64,000 bases of DNA from the human T2T-CHM13v2.0 reference genome, Homo sapiens. A program made the translations under genes and the position numbers. How positions within the stretch are numbered: the stretch's first letter is position 1; each line of letters begins with the position of its first letter. The stretch lies in assembly GCF_009914755.1 (NCBI RefSeq), contig NC_060925.1; one strand, 5' to 3'. The notes under the pieces were generated by a model. That model was not told the DNA's origin, searched no databases, and saw only the letters and a program-made list of their open reading frames with translations. Below are positions 1 to 14,775 of the stretch, piece after piece.

Positions 1-700
1 CCTGGCATTTTCAGAATGATAAGGGTGATAGGAGTGTCTTTTGTTCTAACAAGGCAACTCTTGGCAGGCCACTAGATAGCTTCAGGATGGGGGATAGTCA
101 CCAGAAAGATAAAGCTTGGAATTTTCCACCCCACCGCTCAACCTGGGGGTTGTGTGTGGCAGTGGAAGGTGGGGAGGATGAGAAACAGGGCTAGAAATAT
201 TAAGTCAATCACTAATGGCCAGTGATTCAATTAATCATGCCCTAGTAACAGAACCTCCATAAAAATCCCCAAATGACAAGGTTTGGACAGCTTCCAGGTT
301 GTTGAACACATCAAGGCACTGGGAGGGAATGGATGCTCTGAGTCCCCCTCCCCTCATACCCTGCGCTATGCATCTCTTCCATAGGCTGTTTCTGAGTTGT
401 ATCCTTTATCATAAATCAGTAATAGTAAGCAAAGCACTTTTCTGAATTCTGTGAGTCATTCTAGAAAATTATCAAACATGAAACAGGGGGGATTGTGGGA
501 ACTTCCAACTTTGCACTCATTTTGGGCAGAATGGGGGTAACCTGGGGACCCAATAATTGAGAAGCATCTAAAGTAAGAACAATTTTGTGGAGTGAGCCCT
601 TAAACCTGTGGAGTCTGATGCCAACTCCAGGTAGTTGGTGTTGGCGTTGAATTGAATTGCAGGACACCTCATTGGTGTCAGAACTGGTTGGTGTCAGGAA
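1..700 (+). mobile_element. LTR, MER21-like (ERVL), cut by window start
   Basis: Matches recalled MER21 motifs: 'caatcactaatggccagtgattcaattaatcatgcc', 'cctccataaaaatcccc', 'ttgtatcctttatcataaatcagtaatagtaagc', 'gagcccttaaacctgtggagtctgatgccaactcc'. Confidence 0.65.
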
Positions 701-986
701 GAAAAAAGCCTCTCAATACCACTGAGTAGAACCTATCCAAGGTCCACCCTAGAAAAGCTTTCAAACAAGTCTCAAAATGATCAAGTTAGTCTGCAAGTAA
801 CTTAACTGCCTCTCAAAATAAAATTAAACTTTCTTTAAAGGAAAACATTAAAACACCACCAACAGTGTAATATTCAAAATGTCCAGCATCTAATAAAAAA
901 TTACTAAACATATAAAAAAGCAAAAAAAAAAAAAAATGTGGCTCATCACCAAAAGAAAAATCGCTCAATAGAAAGAAACCAAGATG

Positions 987-1222
987 GACCAGCTTGGGCA
1001 ACATAGTGAGACCCCCATCTCTAAAAAAAAAATAATAATAATAATAATAATAATTAACCACGCATATTGGTGAATGTCTGTAGGCCTAGCTATGCAGGAA
1101 GATGAGGCAGGAGGATTGCTAAAGCCTAGGAGTTTGAGGTCATAGTGAGCTATGATTGTGCCATTGCACTCCAGTCCAGCTTGGGCAACAGAGGGAGACC
1201 CTGTCTCAAAAAAAGAAAGAAA
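987..1222 (+). mobile_element. 5'-truncated AluJ-like element with (AAT)n linker
   Basis: gaccagcttgggcaacatagtgagaccc … gagaccctgtctcaaaaaaa. Confidence 0.85.
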
Positions 1223-1569
1223 GAGGCCAAGGTGGAATTAGTAGACAATATGTTAAAATAGATATTATAAATATAAATATAAGGAGATATTATAAATATT
1301 TTCCACAATATAAAATTTCTGCAATATTTCATGGAAAAAATATAAATTGTCCCATACAATAAACAAATAAAGTAAGTCTCAAAAAGATTTAATGGAAAAT
1401 ATGAATATGAGAAGAGAAATGAAAGACAAAAAATTAAATGGAATATCTAGAGCTGGAAAATACGATGTCTGTAGTAAAAATTTCACTGGATAGACTGAAC
1501 AGCATATTATTATAGAAGCTATAGAAAAACGGTTAACAAACTGGATAACCTAACAATTGAAACTATTTA

Positions 1570-1925
<356 letters not shown>

Positions 1926-2820
1926 CTGAGAAGAACAACAAACTGTGCCAGGACAAACTGTGGAACAATATCAAGGGGCCTAACATGTGTAATTGGAGTC
2001 ATAGGGTGGGAGAAGAAAAATATTTCAAACTATGATGACCAAAAAATTTCAGTTTTGATGAAAACTACAAACCCAATGATCTAAGGAGCAAAATGAACCC
2101 TAAGTGATATAAAGACACACTCATACACAAAAAACACACAAAAGAACATAATAATTAAGCTACTAAGACCAGTAGTAAAGATAAAATCTTAAAAGCAACC
2201 AGAAAAAAAAGACACGTTATATACATTGATATAATGATAGGAATTCCCGAACTTATTATCAGAAACAGTGCAAGCCAGGAGACAATGTAATGACCGATTT
2301 AAACTGAAAGAACAATAAAAAAGAGCCTATCAACCCAGAACATTCTATATCTGGCAAAAATATTCTTCAGAGATGAAGGCAAAATAAAGACATTTTTAGA
2401 TAAGCAGAGGTGAGAAAATTTGTCATCAACAGATCCACATTAAAAATACATGCTAAAGGAAGTTCTTCAGACTGAAGAAAAATAATACCAGATGGAAAGC
2501 CAGATAGATAAGGAATTAAAAGATCAAGAAATGGTAAATATGTGGAAATACATGAGACTTTCCCTCATTTTAAGAACCCTTTAAATGTAATTGCTAAGGC
2601 AAAAGCTTAAAAATACAATATATTTTGGGGTATATAACATAAGTAGAAATAAAATACAAGAATAGTGCAAAGGATGGGAGGGGAACATTTTAAGTATACA
2701 GTTGTACATTTCTTAAAATATACCTGAAATTGTATAATATTTTGAAAGTAGACTGTGGTGAGTTAAAAATATTGTAAACGCTAAGCAATCCCCTAAAAAA
2801 TAAGACCAAGAGGTAGCTAA

Positions 2821-3260
2821 TGTATTAGTTTCCTGGAGCTTTCATAACAAACTACCATAAACTGGGCAGCCTGAAACAAGGGAAATTTATTATTTCACTG
2901 TTCTAAAACCTAGAAGTCTGAAATCAAGGTGTCGGCAGAACCAAAGTGATTGAAGGCTCTTTCTTGCCTCTCTAGCTCCTGGTGGTTGCCAGCAATCTTT
3001 GGCCTTCTTTTGACATTCCTTGGTTTGTAGATGTTTCGCTCCAATTCCTGTCTGCATCAGTGGCATTCTTCTGGGTGTCTTTGTCTCTGTTTTCTCTTCT
3101 TATAAGGACACCAGACATTGGATCAGCATCCATCTGAATTCAATATGACTGCATCTTAAACCAATTACTAATGGAGGCTGCAAAGACTTTATTTCCAAAT
3201 AAGGTTTCATTCTGAGCTTCCAGTGGACATGAATTTTAGGGGACATTATTCAACCCAATA
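2821..3260 (-). mobile_element. MLT1 (MaLR) LTR
   Basis: 'tgtattagtttcc…ataacaaactaccataaactgg…aagtctgaaatcaaggtgtcggcag' through 'ggacattattcaaccc', typical of reverse-oriented MLT1. Confidence 0.85.
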
Positions 3261-3429
3261 TAGCTAACCAACCAAGAGTGGAGAAAACATGGAATCATAA
3301 AAAAATTTAATAAATGAGTTGATTATTAGAGAGTAGACAACCTCCTCAGGTATGAAAAACAATATAGTTAAATCTCTATCAATTTTAACTTGGCTAACTA
3401 GTTAAAATGCCCAGTTGGTGAGTGGAAGG

Positions 3430-4300
<871 letters not shown>

Positions 4301-4532
4301 ATCAATGGAGTAGGTCTACACAAGGCCTGGGTGAATAAGCCCAAATTTTCATTAATCACAACTGTATGAATGGGAGATACTTCCCATTCTAGGACTACAC
4401 TCATGCATCTTTTGAGGGCCAAGAATGAACCAGAAAACTCCTACCAACATAAAGATGAAGATTGCCTGCCTTTGACAAATGTCTTAAATATTTCATATCT
4501 AGTTACGAGTTGTAATTTTTTGTGTTAATTTT

Positions 4533-4825
<293 letters not shown>

Positions 4826-6789
4826 TGTGTTAATTTTCTTTTTCTTGGTCACATATTTAGCCTACAACTTAACTGTATGGTATGGTGACTGTATCAATCA
4901 CATATCTTCATATGTAAATGTCTTACAAAACATCTTTTATGTAGGTAATTGTGTAAGAGTAAGATGAGGGTAAATCTGACATTATGATAGTACTGATGTC
5001 ATAATAAGGAAAAAATTTGATATTTAAATCTTCCAATCAGAATTTTTTAATCTTATATTTTCATTTTGAAAATATTCTAAAAGTCAGATGTAAGGTATTC
5101 TAGAACATATAGAATACTTCAGTGAGATTTAAAAGTGCTCATTTACATGTGCATTTATGATTATGTTGTCACCCAGTGATCCCTAAGTGACAGTGCTTGA
5201 TTTTTAATGTATTGGTAATAAAGTTTGATATATCCTAATGTCAAAGTGGCAATTGACCCATGACTGTTATTGTGGTCATGTTAAATTCTTTTAATAGTTT
5301 AAGGACAAAACTTTTCTTCTGCAATGATAATTTATGCTGCAACATCATTGAGTCTTCTCTTGGCATAAATGCATTATTCATATTTTTTTAAGGAATTGAA
5401 ACTCCTGAATATAGTGTTGATGCCTTAAGTGCAGATTATTTTGAATTCAGCTGCGTGTGCTATTGAATGCCTTGGCATGATTCAGTTCTGCCCCCATTTT
5501 TCTCTGTCTGAACTACTAAGAAGACTCTATTCCCTGTGACTTCATTGAACTCCACTGGGCTTATATGAAGATGCAAATGCAGACACAAACCTTGAAATAT
5601 GTGGCAATATTTGATTATATGTTGGTGTTCCAGATGATCCCCAAATATCCTTTTTATTGCTCTTCCTTTTAAAAATGAAACAGAAGCTCAGAAATGTGAA
5701 CTAATGTTTCGAGGTGGCATAACTACTAAACAGCAGAACCATAATTTGAATTTAGGTATTTTGGCTGCAGTTACAGTGCTTTTCCCATGAGTGTTTCCCA
5801 AGGTGATATGCATACTACTGGTGATATATCCGATAATCTTAGGTGATAAGTGGGCAAACATTTTTAACAGTTTTCTAGTTAAATGTTGTTAGAAAATATA
5901 ATTAATTATACATCAAAACTGCTTCCTCAGATTTTTGCATAGGACAGGGCTAACATAGACAGTGCCACAAAAATCCATCCTAGGACACATAAAACACAAG
6001 GTACACTCAGGCAAGTGTATGGATGTTTTCAAATTCCAGTAACTGAACCTTCCATTATATAAATTATTGATGTTAGAGATGATATACATCAGTTACATGG
6101 CTTCTCATATAATGAATGCTTGCATCCTTTTCAGTAAAATATTCATCTTTCTTCCATAAGCTCTCAGTTACTTGCAAGATCGGTAAGACTGTTTCTCATA
6201 TATAATCTATTGCAGCAATAGGAAAAATTACTCACTGATGTAAATACAGGATGTCTTTCCCACCAGAGAATCATATGAATATTTAACAAATCTGCTAAAA
6301 TTGTCAATCACATTAAGAGCAGCCCAATATATTTTTGACTTTTTCCCCTCAAGATAGGTGGTGACCACAGATGACATTTGTTTTATAGGTGAGTTTAGTG
6401 GCCTTTGCAAAAGTCCTCTCTTATCTATTCAAGTTGCAAGAACTTCATGGCTTCCAGAAAGAACTCATCACTCTGTAAAATTATATGCATGATTAAAATT
6501 GACTTTGCAAGCTAGCTTATTCCATAGATATATTTGCTCATCTGAAAAACTTGTTTTTCCTCTCAAGGCAAGCTTATGAAAATATATCATGTACAAAACC
6601 AAATGCACACAATTCTCACGAAAATGAAATAAGGAATACATGCCATGATTGTGTGGTCTTAGTTTCTTTGTGTTATCTAAATTATCTGGCTCTTTGGATT
6701 TCTGAGGTTACCAATAACATCATTTCCTCCTGTATATTCTGTGTGTATATTTACTTTGTGTCCTGTGACTTGTTATATCCATTTATTGG

Positions 6790-7010
6790 TTCATTTTTTA
6801 TAGATTCTTCAGGACTTTCTATGTAGATGATCACATTGTCTGAGGATTAAGACAGTTTTATTTCTTTCTTTCCAATCTTGTCTCATTGCATTGCTAAGAC
6901 ATCCAGCATGGTGTTGCATAGAATTGAGAGAAGACTTGTTCCCCATCTTAGAGGGGAATGTATTTAGACTCATCATGAGAATAATATGAGCTGAAGTTTT
7001 TCATAGATTT
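6790..7010 (-). mobile_element. Old L1 ORF2 fragment
   Basis: 'ggactttctatgtagatgatcacattgtctg…gacagttttatttctttctttccaatc' is the antisense of the L1 RT FADD region. Confidence 0.7.
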
Positions 7011-7887
7011 CCTTTTTTATATCATCTATTTTAATTCTCCCATTAAGCTTAGTGTTTGGGTAGAATTGTCTCCATTTACAGATGAGAATACCGAGGCTCA
7101 AAGATGTTATATAAATTTCCCACAATCATACAGCTAGCAAGAGGCAATCAAGACCCTGATGCCAGTGCTGTTTCAACTGTATCAGTGATTCCATTTGTCA
7201 AGTGTCTGGTGCTTTATTCAATTTAAATCATTCACTTTGGAAACAATTATTGAGCTCATACCATGTGCTATACTTTAAAGGTGCAAAACACTGAACAAAA
7301 CCTATTTATTTGTATTAATAAGTTTTTAAAACTGAGATGATACCCAAGTAATCTTTTAAGAAAGGTTTGCAAGAGGTTTTTGCATAGATTACTTAGAAAG
7401 ACAAGAGGAAATCACCTTACTGATGAAAGTAATATATCATCAAGATGACATATCCCATTAAGCATCAAAGGGATGCTAAGTTTTAGTCCTTAAAGCATGA
7501 ATTTGTGTCTCCAGAGATAATCTGTGACAACTGTGTATTTGATAGCTCTATTTATCTGTATTGAAGAACACACAAATTCCACTTTAAATACAGCTTGTTC
7601 TCATAGAACAGCACCATTGGTTTGGTGATTATCATCATCTTCTTTAGCGTTATATCAGAGAATGTCTTTTCTTTCTGATTCTATTGGTAGCTAATTTATT
7701 CATATTTTAAGTGTTTTAGATAAGGAGATTTTAATTTTAGGTTTAGTTTCTTTTTATCTTTGTCCATATGTATGTTCTAATTCATTCATTCTAAATTGAG
7801 AGATAATTTGCAATGTGAAAATCAGCTCATCTTTCTTTTTCAGGTTATGAATAAATATCCAGAGGGAGATAAAGATTGGAGAAGGGA

Positions 7888-8045
7888 ATCATAGAATGTT
7901 AGGACTGAAAGAGACCATGATGGTCACCATATTATTTTACAGCTGAGGAAATTGAGGCTGAGGAAACTTAAGCCACATGTCTAATATTATACAGCTGCTG
8001 GCCAAGTGGCAAGGCTGAAACTTAAACTCAGTTCTTACGTCTCCC
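7888..8045. mobile_element. MIR fragment
   Basis: gaatcatagaatgttaggactg…ttttacagctgaggaaattgaggc. Confidence 0.7.
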
Positions 8046-8056
8046 AGGCCTGTAGT

Positions 8057-8081
8057 TTTCCTTCTTTCCTTTCTTTCTTTT

Positions 8082-8141
<60 letters not shown>

Positions 8142-8246
8142 TCCTTCCTTCCTTCCTCTCTCTCTTTCCCTCCCTTCCCTTCCTTCCTTCCTTCCTTCCT
8201 TCCTTCCTTCCTTCCTTCCTTCCTTCCTTCCTTCCTTCCTTCCTTC

Positions 8247-8306
<60 letters not shown>

Positions 8307-8315
8307 TTTTTTTTT
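8057..8315. repeat. Compound (TTTC)n(TTCC)n(TTTC)n polypyrimidine microsatellite
   Basis: ~260 bp of pure C/T, seen directly. Confidence 0.98.
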
Positions 8316-8596
8316 TGACAGGGTTTCACTCTGTTGCCCAGGCTGGAGTACAGTGGCACGATCACTGCTAACTGCAGCCTCGACCTCCCTGGGCTCAGAT
8401 GATCCTCCTGCCTCAGCCTCCCAAGTAGCTGAGATTACAGGCACATGCCACCATGCCTGGCTAATTTTTGTATTTTTTGTAGAGATGGGATTTTGCCGTG
8501 TTACCCAGGCTAGTCTCGAACTCCTGGGCCCAGTAATCTGCTAGCTTCGACCTCCCAAAGTGCTGAGATTACAAGCATGAGCCACCACACCTGGCC
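8305..8596 (-). mobile_element. AluJ-like element whose tail is the adjacent microsatellite
   Basis: Reverse Alu; TSD cctgtagttt at 8049 and 8596. Confidence 0.92.
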
Positions 8597-9190
8597 CTGT
8601 AGTTTCTATTTCCGCAGGCTGACAAACATTAGGTAAGTGGTTGGAATAGTTTACGTTCAGTATCCCTTTCAACTCAGAGAGTCTTTTGTTATTTTATCCC
8701 ATTATGGGTACAATTATATTATTTCTACATCAGCTAATGTGTGAACTATTTCATGCCATTCTTCCTAAATAAACATTTCAAATTAAAAATAGTTTTAAAA
8801 ATCTGCTATAGGTCAGTTTAATTAGAATCAATACCACTTTTGAAGAAAATACTCCTACTTCATATATTTGCTGTAAACAGAACAATTTGGTGTAACTGTT
8901 CATGTTTTATAGAATCAGTGGTTGTCCTTCTACCACCTGTTTTAAAAAGGACCCATGATTTTCCTGCCTTGTTGGAGACATTCACCTGCAGTGAGTCCAC
9001 ACATCTGTGCCTAAACTAACAATGCAACATTTGGCTTTCTCAAGACACAGAATCAGCCTCAAAAATATAAAAAATAGATCACAGCTTTGAAACGTAAAGT
9101 GTGTACTGCCAAAAAATGAAATATACATATTCAGTTTTTGAAAGTTCCATGATAAGATGGTATCAAGCAACAAGGCTGTTTTTCCTTTTA

Positions 9191-9656
<466 letters not shown>

Positions 9657-9834
9657 TCATGCTTACTAGAAATTCAGACATCTGGTCCAATCCCAGAGTA
9701 CTTTTCTAGCTGGGGCCCTGGGAATTAGCTTTTCAATACATTCTCCTCCCCATACCCAAGATGATTCTTATTTGCACTAAGTTTGAATCATTGGTTTAGA
9801 AGACAAGAAGTATATCCTTTTGTTATTGTTGTTG

Positions 9835-10570
9835 TTAAGTGTAGCTTTATTTGTAAATGACCCAAACTGGAAACAACCAAAATGTTCTTCAGCAGACGAA
9901 TGGACAAACTGTAGTATATCCACACCATGGGGTACTACATAGCAATAAAAAGGAACAAACAATTGATACATGCAACAACTTGGATGGATCTCAAAAAAAT
10001 TATGTTGAGTGAAAAAGGCCAATCTCAAAAGGTCACATACTATATGATTCCATTTACACAATATTCTTGAAATAAAATTATAGAGATGGAGAACAGATTA
10101 GTGGTTGCCACGGGTTAGAGATGGGGGATGGGGTAGGGATGGCTATAAAGGGCAATAACAGAGCCTTATGGTGGTGGAGCAGTTCTGTATCTTGATTATA
10201 TTCGTGATCACGTCAATTTACATATGCAATTTTTTTTTTGAGACAGAGTCTCGCTCTGTCACCCAGGATGAAGTGCAGTGGCGTGATTTTGGCTCACTCC
10301 ACTTCCTGGGTTCAAGTGATTCTTGTGCCTCAGCCAGCTAATTTTTGTATTTTTAGTAGAGACGGGGTTTCACCATGTTGGCCAGGCTGGCCTCAAGTGA
10401 TCCACCTGCTTCAGCTTCCCAAAGTGCTGGGACTATAGGCATGAGCCACCACCTGGCCTCACATGCAATAAAACTGAACATCACTACACACACACATACA
10501 TGAGTGCATGTAAAACTGGTGAAATGTGAATGACCTCTGTGGATTGTCCCAATGTCAATTTCTTAGTTGT
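9835..10570 (+). mobile_element. L1MB/ME 3' end, split by an internally deleted antisense Alu (10230-10458)
   Basis: 'cccaaactggaaacaaccaaaatg…ggatggatctcaaaaaaattatgttgagtgaaaaa…gaacagattagtggttgcc'. The L1 resumes after the Alu. Confidence 0.85.
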
Positions 10571-11964
10571 GAATTAAGAATTACATCCTTTTTAATCTTA
10601 ATTCAAACTCCACTAACCATACAGGATGCTTCATACTGCATTCTCTGATGATGATAATGTAATGTGTACCCAGTCCCTACTTGTAAATCCTTTATAGCTA
10701 GAGCTACTCAGCCCCTACTTACAGGCCAGTCCCCCACCTAGGTTTTTGGATTAGTCTTATAGTTGTGCAGAAAGAATTTAGGAGCCACAGGTTAGTGTTT
10801 AGTGGTCAGCATCAAGGGTGATGATGCTGTGACATCAATATCTGTTTAGCCCTTCCCTCTTTTTTTCCTCTCCTTGGTAGCTCCAGGGAAGGGAGAGAGT
10901 TCACTCCATAGGATCCACCTTTTCTAGGAGGCCCATTTCCCACATTGTTAGTTGGTTCATTGCATAAGGCTTATCTGTAGCCTTCTAACAAACTCTTCCC
11001 CCTCTTCCCCTCCATCTCTCCCATAGCTCCATACAAGCAGCTGATTGGGCAGGATTTTAGGCTTGGGTAATATTTATATCTGTGTTTTGGCAAAAGAGTG
11101 AAGCATTATTCACTTCACTTCAAACCGACTGTTCCAGGTCTTCAATCAAGTTTTAGAGCTGTCTCTAAATTTTAATTATATTATTTCCTGTAGCCTAATT
11201 GGCACTCAATTTAAAATATATTATTGATAAGTCATCACCTCTATGTGCAAACCCATGCCTCAGACCAGAGAACCCTTTGATGTTTAGGTCTCATATTTTA
11301 AAGGAAGAGATGTAGATATCAGTGGCTCCAAACCCATTTCTTTCTGGACCAGTGAAGGCATGCAGAGGAAGTCAGGGCTTCCTTTTTCTCTCAAGCTGAT
11401 TCCTCAGACCGCTTCTTCCTTTCATATCAAAGGTTTCAGTCAGTCATCCATTTTTCTCAGCTCAGAAATTCTGACACAGGGAGCTTACTTGTATGTGTGA
11501 CCTGCCATTATACCTTGTTGTGCCTGGAAGTGTGAGAAGGGACAGAATTTTTACTTGAAAGAAGACAGTCTTGTTTCCAAAGAATGACAGAGAGGGGTTC
11601 TTTGCCTTTCCCATCAAGTAAGACTTCCTTTCAGTCTGAAGAGAGCCAGTCTTGAAGGGCACTTGGTCGGCAGGCACCCTTGCTCCCACTCATCTGTATT
11701 TGTACCCTTGGGTTCTAGCTCCAACTTCCTGGTAACCCAGGGGAGCAACTCTATGGAGATCCTGGCAGGGTTACAGAGGATCCTTGGGGGTACAGTTGAT
11801 CATTCTAGACAAATCTCCCCAGGAACAGGTTGTTTTTCCAGATTTTACAGAATATAGTATTTATAAGACAATATTTCTTTTGCTTTCTCTGTCTCTCATG
11901 GCAGAACTTTTCATGCTTAATTGTTCCAAAGTACTGTTTCGTCAGAGCCAACTACACCAAAAAT

Positions 11965-12925
11965 TCTTGTTCCCTTCTGAGATGGAATTACTGCTAGCAA
12001 GCAACTTTCCAGCCTGAGAACCCATCTCAGCTTCCGGCACATGTGAGAGGGACCATGCTACTAGTTCTCATCAAGAGATCTTAAGCAGAAGGGATGTGTG
12101 TCACCTCTGGGCTGAGGTGGTTATGTTCCAGGTACAGGGCATTTCATCTCTTTCTTTGACTGCCATTTGGCTGAATGCAGAGGATCCAGGAGAGGTGACA
12201 AGGAGGGCCTAGGGGATGGTGGAGCCACAGGATAGAAGGAGCCTGGATGCTGAGTTGCCACTTTAGGAGAGAGCTGCCAAGGAGAGCAGCTTGACCAGGA
12301 ATGTCTGAATCTGTGACTTGCCATTATGCTTTGCTGTGCCTGGAAGTGTGTGAAGAAACAGAATCTTCAAATTTATGTGAGACAATATCAAAGACTTGGA
12401 ACCAACCCAAATGCCCATCAATGATAGACTGGATAAAGAAAATGTGGCACATATACACAATGGAATACTATGCAGCCATAAAAAAGGATGAGTTCATGTC
12501 CTTTGCAGGGACACAGATGAAGCTGGAAACCATCATTCTCAGCAAACTAACACAAGAACAGAAAACCAAACACTGCATGTTCTCACTCATAAGTGGGAGC
12601 TGAACAATGAGAACACATGGACACAGGGAGGACATCACACACCGGGCGGGGCCTGTCGGGGTGTGGGGTGGGAGAGGAGGAGGGATAGCATTAGGACAAA
12701 TACCTAATGTAGATGACAGGTTGATGGGTGCAGCAAACTGCCATGGCACATGTATACCTATGTAACAAACCTGCACGTTCTGTACATGTGCCCCAGAACT
12801 TAAAGTATAATTTTAAAATATTTAAAAAAATTTATGTGAGAAATAAACTTTTATTGTGCTAAGTTACTGAGATTAGGGATTATTTGTGACAGAAGCTGGG
12901 GTTAATAACCCTGACTGATACAACC
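11965..12925 (+). mobile_element. MLT1 (H-like) LTR interrupted by an L1PA 3' end
   Basis: 'ggagccacaggatagaaggagcctggatgctgagttgccac' and 'gagaaataaacttttattgtgctaagttactgagatt'. Confidence 0.7.
12383..12830 (+). mobile_element. L1PA 3' end (PA7/8-like), 5'-truncated
   Basis: ORF2 C-terminus KTWNQPKCPSMIDWIKKMWHIYTMEYYAAIK plus 3'UTR. TSD aaatttatgtgaga at ~12369 and ~12828. Confidence 0.93.
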
Positions 12926-13944
12926 ATCTTCCTTAGAGTGAGGATGAGGAAGAAAAAGACAGTAGAGGGTCAGGGAGAGGACGGCCCCCATTGGCCACAT
13001 ATATAAGAACAACACATAGAACTATGAACTAGAAACCCAAGTGCCTAGAATCCCATACTTCACAAATGGAATCAGCATCTCTATTTGTCCTGCCTAAAAA
13101 TACAGTATTTAAATCTAATAGTTATCAAGTTGCATTTTGCTGGCAGTGCAGGAGACTTAGAGACAAATGAGACAGAGTTGCTTAAGTCTTTTGTGGCAGC
13201 ACAGTCCCTGCCAAACAGAAACACTGGATAAATATTTGTCGAATTGGATAGTTGGAGTCAGATATGAAACAAAATGTAACACAAGGTAAGTGTCTACACA
13301 GGGCTATGGGAATAGACAATAGAACAATTAATTTTGCTTGCATAGAGTATGTGTGAGTGGTTAGTAAAGGCCCCAGTGTCTAGATGTCTTTTACAGAACA
13401 AAGATGCAGACAGCCCTGGGTTCCTTATAGCTCTTAGCAATGAAGCTGATGGCTTGGGCTCACCCCCTGTCACTGCTGCTCTGAGAACTCCCAGGCCTTC
13501 CTGACTCCTCCACCCGTGGTCCCCCCCATCTAGATCACCCTTTGTTGGTTCCTTTCCTCCTTCCCGTGCACATTCCTGTAGTACTCTCACACTTCCCTTC
13601 CCAGCACCTCTAGGGAGGCCAGGGCTTCAGGACACCACCAGGGAGATATTCTTGCCCATTTCTTGTTTACTATGAGTCAGCCCCGACTCACCACCCAGGG
13701 CTGTGCATCCTGAACATAGGTTTTTCCAGCCTTTGATGAGAAGGCAGTGCTGTGGCTCTCCTATGACCAAGAGAGAAGCCAGCACCTGGTTATCCATGGA
13801 GTTACCTTACCTCACCACCTTTCCTTTCTGCTCACACCTTTCAAGTTTAGGTTCTGGAGAGGTTCTCAGGGGAGTAGGCACATGGCCTGGGCCTACGGGC
13901 TTCTTGGTTCTCACAGGGGTCCAGGCTCTAGTTCTAGTCTATGC

Positions 13945-13947
<3 letters not shown>

Positions 13948-13979
<32 letters not shown>

Positions 13980-14268
13980 GAGATGGAGTCTTGCTCTGTT
14001 GCCCAGGCTGGAGTGCAGTGGTGTGATCTTGGCTCACTGCAACCTCCACTCCTGGGTTAAAGCAATTCTCCTGCCTCAACCTCCTGAGTAGCTGGGATTA
14101 CAGGCGCATGCTGCCTGCCTGGTTAATTTTTGTATTTTTTTTTTTTTTTACTAGAGATGGGGGTTTCACCATATTGGCCAGGCTGGTCTCGATCTCCTGA
14201 CCTTGTGATCCGCCTGCCTCAGCCTTCCAAAGTGCTGGGATTACAGGCGTGAGCCACAGCGCCCGGCC
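13948..14268 (-). mobile_element. AluS
   Basis: Reverse Alu; 15-bp TSD tctagtctatgcttt at 13933 and 14269. Confidence 0.95.
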
Positions 14269-14729
14269 TCTAGTCTATGCTTTTGAGGGCATTAGGGGAA
14301 GTTTGTGTTTCAAATATATTTTGATATTCTTAAACATGTTTCATGATCTTTAAAATAAAAAGATGAATCCAATGTGTTCTGTAAAATGGGGGTGGAGGTG
14401 GATCTGAGGGTTCATTTCTCAGGCTGCATCTAGATCTTTTAGGAGGGCACCACTACTCAGTTCTGCCTCTTGAGGGCACCAGAGACTGTTTTGCCATCCA
14501 CAGAACAGCAGGGAACTAGGCAGCCATCAGCTGAGTGACCCATGAACAGGCGATGTTTGGCCAGCCAGGGGAGCCCTGCTTGGGGGCCATAGCCTTGCAG
14601 AGCTCTGCCAGGTTAGTGGGATGATGACGGGACCCAGAAACCTGAGCTATGGCTTCAGCTCTGCTCTCAGCTAGCTGTGTGCCTTTCAAAAGCCATTTAA
14701 CTTCCCCGGGCTTCAGCTTCCTCCCATGT

Positions 14730-14775
14730 ATTAAAAGTAATGGCCAAAACCTCAATTATCTTTGCACCAACCCAA
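14730..14775. mobile_element. MADE1 (Hsmar1 MITE) half element within a MIR
   Basis: aaaagtaatggccaaaacctcaattatctttgcaccaaccc matches one MADE1 terminal inverted repeat (TIR) arm. Confidence 0.75.

Noticed and set aside
7937-8444. KERK/EGRK and FLSF/FLPS repeat ORFs
   Set aside because: Translations of the TTTC/TTCC microsatellite plus Alu.
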